DNA of 12,909 nucleotides from Microcoleaceae cyanobacterium (GTDB lineage Bacteria; Cyanobacteriota; Cyanobacteriia; Cyanobacteriales; Microcoleaceae), in NCBI GenBank assembly GCA_051652765.1, contig JBOFUV010000145.1, positions 1-12,909 of the forward strand, in the 5' to 3' direction. How positions within the stretch are numbered: the stretch's first letter is position 1; every line of letters begins with the position of its first letter. This document shows positions 8,401 through 12,909 of this stretch, piece by piece. The position numbers and the translations under genes were made by a program. The notes under the pieces are model-generated. The model saw only the letters and a list, made by a program, of their open reading frames with translations, ran no database searches and was not told where the DNA came from.

Positions 8401-11400
8401 ACAATATTATTGACTTGAGTCAAGTCTTCACGGACATTGACAACGACGACTTGGCCATTACTAAAGCTGTTCTGAGCAATGACAACGACACCTTGGTGAA
8501 TGCCTCGATTACAGGGAATATTCTCACCCTAGATTACCTAGATGATCAGTCTGGTACAGCCAATATTGCGATTCAAGGGACATCCAATGGCCTAACCGTA
8601 GACACCACTTTTCAGGTGATTGTGCGACCTGTGGGGGAACAGGGAGTTCCAGACTTGACCGTTGATGAAGATGCCCCTCCTCAAGCGCTGGATTTGGTGA
8701 GTCTCTTCCCGAATTTGAACCCAGCCACCCTTAACTTCAATGGGCTGACTAATAGCAGTACGGGTTTATTAGAGGCCACTCTTGGCGGAACGATTCTGAC
8801 CTTAACGTTCTTGGAGAATCAGTTCGGCACAGCCAATCTAAGCTTTAATGCAACTGACGGCTCTCAAACGGTAACGGATACGTTTGTGGTTACGGTAGAT
8901 CCTGTTGACGATCCCCCAGAGGTGGCCAACCCAATTGCTAATGTTGCGGCAGAGCAGGATTCCACCAATCGGGTGATTGACCTCTCCAGGGTATTCACGG
9001 ATATTGATAATGATGATATCGATATCACCAAAGCCATTCTGAACAATGCTGACCCCAATGTTGCTGGGGCTACCATCGATGGGAACATTCTCACCTTAGA
9101 TTTCCTGTCCATCGGTAGTACCTCAGTTACCGTTGAGGCAGACTCTAACGGGTTAACGGTGACGAATACCTTTATCATCACCGTGACTCAGAGAATTGAC
9201 CAGCCTCCCACGGTGGCGAATCCGATTGCAGATTTTACCGTTGAAGACGGCTCAGGAGATCGGGTGTTTGACCTAACCCGAGTGTTCACTGACCCTGACA
9301 ATGATGACTTATTGATTACCAAGGCTGTGATTGGTAACACAAACGAAACATTGGTGCTGCCTGATGTTGCTGGCAATTTACTGACGCTCGATTTCCAGCC
9401 AGGAACGGGAACTGCCGAGGTTACCCTGGAAGGCACCTCCAACGGATTAAGAGTAACGGATACCTTCACCGCTACCGTGATTCCTGCCGATACTATTGAT
9501 GCTCCACCGGAAGTCTCGACTCCGATCGAAGACGTTGAGGTTGGTCAAGATGCCAGCAATGTTGTGATTGACCTGTCTACTATCTTCACCGATCCCGACA
9601 ACGATGACATCGCTATTACCAAGGTTATTCGCGACAACACAAACCCTGACCTGGTTCAAACCACGGTTAGTGGGAATATCCTAACCCTAGACTTCCAACC
9701 CGGTCAAACTGGAACTGCGGAGATTACCGTTGAGGCAGACTCTAACGGGTTAACGGTGACGAACACCTTCACGGTTACCGTGCTTCCTGGCCCTGCTGAC
9801 CAACCCCCTGTTGTGGCGAATCCGATTGCAGATTTAACCCTCAACCAAGGAACTCCTGAACGCTTCCTCAATCTCGGGACGGTTTTTACTGACCCCGATG
9901 ACGATGATCTGCTCATTGAAAAGTCTGTCCTCGATAATAGCAATCCGACCCTGGTCACCTCAACAGTTGTTGGGAACGTACTGGAGTTAGGGTTTGATCC
10001 TGCTCAAGCAGGGACAGCAACCTTGGTGATTCAAGGGGTTTCCAATGGTCAGGCCGTTACTGATGAATTTACGGTCACGGTGAATCCAGTTCAACCGCCA
10101 ACTCCAACGCCAACGCCAACGCCAACGCCAACTCCCACTCCAGTCCCAACGCCAACCCCTACTCCAGTTCCAACGCCAACGCCAACCCCTACTCCAGTCC
10201 CAACCCCAACTCCCCTAAGAATTGACCCTACAGTTCGAGTGCCCCGTGTAGAAGCGCCCAACGTTCAACAAAATGAAAACCCGGCTGAAACCATTATTGT
10301 TGAAGCCAGAGTCATTCCAGTCCCAGATCCTTCAGAGTCATTAATTCAACAAGACTTATATTTTGGTCGCAATATTCCTGGGGGTGGAGAAGTCTCTGAA
10401 CAGGCATTTGAGGGCTTTGTCGATAGCGTAGTCACCCCTCGTTTCCCCGATGGGTTGACGATCTTTGATGCAGATGGACAGTTTCTGGATAGTACAGACA
10501 TCCTCATCGAAGAACAATCGAAGGTGATTACCCTGTTTGTTGAAGCCAGTCTGGAAAGCGCGATCGCCGTCAATGATATTGTCTTGGCCTATCTGCAACA
10601 ATTCGATCAAGAAAGTGTCCTGCAAGTCACCAATGCAGATGGCATCCAGGTGGGTTTTGGTGCAGGAGAGAATTTAATTGCCAATGATTCAACTCCAGAA
10701 TTGATCCAAACTGATTTATTTTTTGGTCGCAATATTCCTGAAGGTGGAGAGGTTTCTGAGGCAGAATTCCAGGCTTTTGTGGACAGCGTAGTTACACCAA
10801 ACTTTCCTGCCGGATTGACAATTTTTGATGCAGACGGGCAGTTTCGAGATAGTACCGATACGATCATTGAGGAGCAGTCCAAAGTCATTACCCTGCTGTT
10901 TGAAGATACCCAGGAAAATGAGTCTGCGATTGATGACATTGTGACAGCCTATCTCCAACAGTTCAATCAAGAAAGTGTTCTGATTGCTGTTAATGAAGAA
11001 GTTGCCGTTGGGTTTGGTGCTGGAGAAGATTTAATTGAGAGTGATTCACCCCCAGAATTGATTCAGGCCGATTTATATTTTGGTCGTAATATTCCCGGCG
11101 GTGGAGAGGTTTCAGAAACCCAGTTTCAGACTTTTGTTGATCAGGAAGTTACACCTCGGTTTCCCGCTGGACTAACGATTTTTGATGCGGATGGCCAGTT
11201 CCTCAATAGCGCTGGAACTCTGGTGGAAGAGCAGTCTAAGGTGATTACTCTACTATTTGACGATACTCAGGAAAACGAGGCCGCTATTGATGAAATTATC
11301 ACAGCCTATCTCCGGCAATTCGATCAAGAAAGTGTTTTAGTGGTTGTGGATGAAGAAATCGCGGTTGCCTTCGATGCCGTTGCCCCTACTGTAGGGAGTA

Positions 11401-12224
11401 ATGGGGCTGACAACATCTTCGGTAGCACTGCCCCCGATGCGATCTTCGGTCAAAAGGGCACCGACTTTATCAATGGCAATAACGGAGGGGATACCATCTA
11501 CGGCGGTCAAGGAGATGACCAAATTCTGGGCGGCTCAGGAACTGACTCTGTGTTTGGGAACCTGGGCAGTGATACGATCCTGGGGGGTCAGGATGATGAT
11601 TGGCTCCATGGCAATCGCAATAATGACTTCCTGAATGGAGAAGACGGTAAAGATACCCTGTTCGGGGGGCAGGACAACGATACCTTACTGGGAGGTGAGG
11701 GCGATGACCAAGTCTTTGGGAATCGGGGTGAAGATCTGCTAGAAGGAAACAGTGGAAATGACCTGCTCTACGGAGGGCAGGAAGCCGACACCGTTTCGGG
11801 GAATGAGGGCAATGATGTTGTCAGTGGAGATAATGGATCTGACTTGCTCGATGGGAATGCCGGGGAAGATACCCTTACAGGCGGTCAAGGTGATGATGTG
11901 CTAGATGGCGGTGAAGATAATGATCGCTTAAGTGGCGGAGATGGGAACGATTTATTGGTGGGGGCCGGAGGAAGTGATACTGTTCGGGGTGGAGATGGTG
12001 GCGATCGCTTTGTTCTAGCCCCTGGAGATGGAACAGATACGATTCTAGACTTCCAAGACGGTATAGATTTCCTAGTGTTGGATGGCGGGTTGAGCTTTGC
12101 CAATTTGACACTGGTTCAAGATGGCAGTAGCACCATCCTCCAGTTCAACAGTGAAGTTCTAGCAGTCTTAAACGGAGTTGATGTGGCCGAGATCACGTCC
12201 AGTGATTTCACCTCGCTCATTTAG
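5472..12224 (+). CDS. Large RTX (hemolysin-type Ca2+-binding) type-I-secreted surface protein/adhesin with beta-helix, Ig-like repeats and three DUF3574-like domains
   Basis: 2250 aa, strongly acidic, no N-terminal signal peptide, GAGG just upstream of the ATG. Domain order: CSLREA-like start (FTVNTLVDENDG..SLRDAITAAN); 17 GG[GA][IL] beta-helix repeats; choice-of-anchor-Q-like segment (LANNGGPTLTHA..SPA..TDQRG..DIGAFE); 2 cadherin/VCBS-like repeats (NVLTNDSDPDGD, NDAPVAVAD); 7 Ig-like repeats of ~98 aa; PT linker; 3x LYFGRNIP..VTPRFPDGLTIFDADGQF..QESVL; GGxGxDxLx nonapeptides; C-terminal DTILDFQDGID..LAVLNGV..SSDF typical of T1SS substrates. Confidence 0.93.
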   Translation: MADFTVNTLVDENDGVGVGGVSLRDAITAANTTPGADTITFDNSVITNGTITLTAGQLSITESLQINGDTDSNPATQNITVSGNNLSRVFNVNDGTATVQTVTISGLTITGGTATNGGGIFNQEDLTLTNSTLSGNSAGYGGGGIYNNNGTASITNSTISGNYAYYDGGGINNRFGTISITSSTLSGNTTDDDGGGIYSYRGTITLTDSTLSGNIANDDGGGITHFRGTTSITDSTIIGNTADEDGGGLDNDEGTAILTNSTISGNSASDGGGIYSDGGTTSITDSTISGNTAGSYGGGIYNNDGTASITNSIISGNTASYGGGIYSDGGTTSITDSTISGNTAGDDGGAIYNNGTASIINSTISGNIAGNYGGAIYNNGTASIINSTISGNIAGNYGGAIHNDGTTSITNSTISVNSAVEDGGAIYNTGTASITNSTISGNTVGDEGGAIYNSGTTNITNSTISYNSASDFGGGIYNGGTASITNSTISGNSAGYDGGGIDNYGTASITNSTIIGNSAGYDGGGIYNSGTTSITSTIVATNIAPTGTDLFGSFTNGGSNLIGDATGSTGFTVDNILIGDSANLVDPQIEPLANNGGPTLTHAIPATSPAFSAGSNPLNLLTDQRGTGFVRVSALTPDIGAFEIQNGLPDAVNDPDTAGNPDFITDEDTSFTTGNVLTNDSDPDGDAFSVVSFDATGTVGTVTDNTDGTFGYDPNDQFETLGVGETNIDTFTYTIEDIFTNPDTATVTITINGVNDAPVAVADPFTTNPTTAVIFNPLINDTDVDQNDSLSVFSVGATSTPGTTVTVDSPTTIRYNPGNAFAGLAPGQTATDTFDYTISDNNGATSTAQITVTITDAIDEPPTVVAPLGSITVDEDDDPRTIDLSGVFTDPDSDPTAIIKSILDNSNSALVTPELAGNTLILSFTPDGFGTARIAIEGDSNGLKIQDTLTVIVNPVDDPPTIANPISNLLVAENASNNIIDLSQVFTDIDNDDLAITKAVLSNDNDTLVNASITGNILTLDYLDDQSGTANIAIQGTSNGLTVDTTFQVIVRPVGEQGVPDLTVDEDAPPQALDLVSLFPNLNPATLNFNGLTNSSTGLLEATLGGTILTLTFLENQFGTANLSFNATDGSQTVTDTFVVTVDPVDDPPEVANPIANVAAEQDSTNRVIDLSRVFTDIDNDDIDITKAILNNADPNVAGATIDGNILTLDFLSIGSTSVTVEADSNGLTVTNTFIITVTQRIDQPPTVANPIADFTVEDGSGDRVFDLTRVFTDPDNDDLLITKAVIGNTNETLVLPDVAGNLLTLDFQPGTGTAEVTLEGTSNGLRVTDTFTATVIPADTIDAPPEVSTPIEDVEVGQDASNVVIDLSTIFTDPDNDDIAITKVIRDNTNPDLVQTTVSGNILTLDFQPGQTGTAEITVEADSNGLTVTNTFTVTVLPGPADQPPVVANPIADLTLNQGTPERFLNLGTVFTDPDDDDLLIEKSVLDNSNPTLVTSTVVGNVLELGFDPAQAGTATLVIQGVSNGQAVTDEFTVTVNPVQPPTPTPTPTPTPTPTPVPTPTPTPVPTPTPTPTPVPTPTPLRIDPTVRVPRVEAPNVQQNENPAETIIVEARVIPVPDPSESLIQQDLYFGRNIPGGGEVSEQAFEGFVDSVVTPRFPDGLTIFDADGQFLDSTDILIEEQSKVITLFVEASLESAIAVNDIVLAYLQQFDQESVLQVTNADGIQVGFGAGENLIANDSTPELIQTDLFFGRNIPEGGEVSEAEFQAFVDSVVTPNFPAGLTIFDADGQFRDSTDTIIEEQSKVITLLFEDTQENESAIDDIVTAYLQQFNQESVLIAVNEEVAVGFGAGEDLIESDSPPELIQADLYFGRNIPGGGEVSETQFQTFVDQEVTPRFPAGLTIFDADGQFLNSAGTLVEEQSKVITLLFDDTQENEAAIDEIITAYLRQFDQESVLVVVDEEIAVAFDAVAPTVGSNGADNIFGSTAPDAIFGQKGTDFINGNNGGDTIYGGQGDDQILGGSGTDSVFGNLGSDTILGGQDDDWLHGNRNNDFLNGEDGKDTLFGGQDNDTLLGGEGDDQVFGNRGEDLLEGNSGNDLLYGGQEADTVSGNEGNDVVSGDNGSDLLDGNAGEDTLTGGQGDDVLDGGEDNDRLSGGDGNDLLVGAGGSDTVRGGDGGDRFVLAPGDGTDTILDFQDGIDFLVLDGGLSFANLTLVQDGSSTILQFNSEVLAVLNGVDVAEITSSDFTSLI
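5820..7080 (+). repeat. 17 coding tandem repeats of 25-26 aa (right-handed beta-helix, Pmp-like GGAI repeats)
   Basis: Consensus GG[GA]IYNxGT[AT]SITNSTISGNxAxxx. Nucleotides 6516-6589 and 6591-6664 are identical 74-mers at a 75-nt period. Confidence 0.9.
8049..10094 (+). repeat. Seven tandem Ig/cadherin-like domains (~91-100 aa)
   Basis: Recurring PPxVANPI..xDLSxVFTDxDNDD..ITKAV..N..LV....GNILTLDF...GTA.I..E..SNGL.V..TF.V.V. The third copy is divergent. Confidence 0.85.
10095..10214 (+). repeat. Pro-Thr linker (40 aa) encoded by a CCAACG-type hexamer microsatellite
   Basis: PPTPTPTPTPTPTPTPVPTPTPTPVPTPTPTPTPVPTPTP. Confidence 0.95.
10341..11372 (+). repeat. Three tandem DUF3574-like domains (120/119-aa period)
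   Basis: Copies start at 10341, 10701 and 11058 (LIQxDL[YF]FGRNIP). Each carries VTP[RN]FP[DA]GLTIFDADGQF, EEQSKVITL and AYLxQFxQESVL, which match the DUF3574 signature as I recall it. Confidence 0.8.
11400..12030 (+). repeat. RTX glycine/aspartate-rich nonapeptide repeats
   Basis: About 20 consecutive GGxGxDxUx-type units, e.g. GGQGDDQIL, GGEGDDQVF, GGDGNDLLV. Confidence 0.95.
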
Positions 12225-12355
12225 GCGGGTAAGGCAGTCCTAGATCAGTAGGTGGAATCCATCAATTTGAACATGAAGCCTTTGCCTAACCCCCTTTAAC
12301 TCTGATTTGTATTGACAAAGATACTTTCCTCGCACTCTATCAGACCCACATCTCT

Positions 12356-12493
12356 TTGATTCACAACCCCAGGGGTGTGGCGATTTGTTGCTTGATTCTT
12401 GGCCTTGTCTCAGCGCCATTGTTGATGCTTTTGATTCTTGCAACTCCGTTGCTGGGATGGCAGCTTCGTGAACAGTTGCAGAGAAATTTTTGA
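12356..12493 (+). CDS. Possible small single-pass membrane protein (45 aa from TTG 12356, or 38 aa from GTG 12377)
   Basis: Hand translation: MIHNPRGVAICCLILGLVSAPLLMLLILATPLLGWQLREQLQRNF*. It has an uncharged hydrophobic stretch followed by a polar tail. There is no upstream ATG start and no homology evidence. Confidence 0.25.
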   Translation: MIHNPRGVAICCLILGLVSAPLLMLLILATPLLGWQLREQLQRNF

Positions 12494-12533
12494 CAGTTTT
12501 TTTAGTGACGTTTGGCGTTGCTGGATAGCGGAT

Positions 12534-12819
12534 CGATAACGCAGGTTTGATGAAAGATCAACGCGGGTTTAGTAAAAGATCAACGCGGGTTTAATGAAAG
12601 ATCAATGCGGGTTTAGTAAAAGATCAATGCGGGTTTAATGAAAGATCAATGCGGGTATGGCATGAGATCAACGCGGGTAGGGAGTGAGATCAACGCGGGT
12701 TTGATGAAAGATCAATGCGGGTAGGGAGTGAGATCAACGCGGGTTTGATGAAAGATCAACGCGGGTAGGGAGTGAGATCAAGTTGATCATGGTCTGTGAT
12801 CAACGCGGGTTGGATGACT
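12534..12819. repeat. Non-coding 22-bp-period tandem array, 13 units: GATCAAYGCGGGT + 9 variable nt
   Basis: Cores start at 12556, 12578, 12600, 12622, 12644, 12666, 12688, 12710, 12732, 12754, (12776, altered) and 12798, with a degenerate first unit at 12534. Confidence 0.95.
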
Positions 12820-12820
12820 G

Positions 12821-12909
12821 CCCTCACCCTAAATCCCTCTCCCAGAGGGGGAGAGGGACTTTAACCGATTCTGACTCCCCTTCTCCCGTCTTGGGAGAAG
12901 GGGCTGGGG
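12821..12909. repeat. REP-like double-hairpin dispersed repeat (second full-type copy, truncated by window edge)
   Basis: Matches the element starting at 5194 in the same orientation, with a 1-nt deletion and 4 substitutions. Confidence 0.9.

Larger units (their letters stand above)
2024..12008. other. HIP1 octamers (GCGATCGC), 6 copies
   Basis: Found at 2024, 2377, 4579, 4819, 10560 and 12001. About 0.2 copies are expected by chance in 12.9 kb, so this is consistent with a cyanobacterial host. Confidence 0.85.

Noticed and set aside
12225..12252. GCGGGT...GATCA right after the adhesin stop as a decayed array unit
   Set aside because: The spacing is 12 nt rather than 9 and the match is too short to distinguish from chance.
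12240..12443. 67-aa minus-strand ORF
   Set aside because: It has a TTG start, no recognisable motif and an unremarkable composition.
12534..12819. CRISPR array
   Set aside because: The repeat (13 bp) and spacers (9 bp) are far too short, spacers recur, and no cas genes are in the window.
12300..12819. Tn7/CAST transposon end with 22-bp TnsB sites
   Set aside because: The period matches, but I see no TGT-initiated terminal repeat adjoining the array, the core does not resemble TnsB sites I know, and no tns genes are present.

Overview
Cyanobacterial-looking genomic window: it has six HIP1 GCGATCGC octamers, a PacL-type ATPase and cyanobacterial-style palindromic repeats. Three genes lie on the minus strand: a BadF/BadG-family sugar (GlcNAc/MurNAc-type) kinase (4011-4976), a PacL-like P-type IIA Ca2+ ATPase (1030-3915), and a PRC-barrel protein with group-3 LEA-like 11-mer repeats that runs off the left edge (<1-848, missing from the ORF track). 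Divergent from them is a 2250-aa RTX/type-I-secreted surface protein (5472-12224) built from a GGxI beta-helix, a choice-of-anchor-Q-like segment, about 9 Ig/cadherin-like repeats, a Pro-Thr linker, three tandem DUF3574-like domains and RTX nonapeptides. Same-orientation copies of a ~98-bp double-hairpin repeat flank this gene (5194-5291 and 12821-edge). The least explained structure is a non-coding, strictly 22-bp-phased array of 13 units (13-bp core GATCAAYGCGGGT plus a 9-bp variable segment) at 12534-12819. It is preceded by a possible small membrane-protein ORF. All family assignments come from motif recognition by eye; no searches were run.
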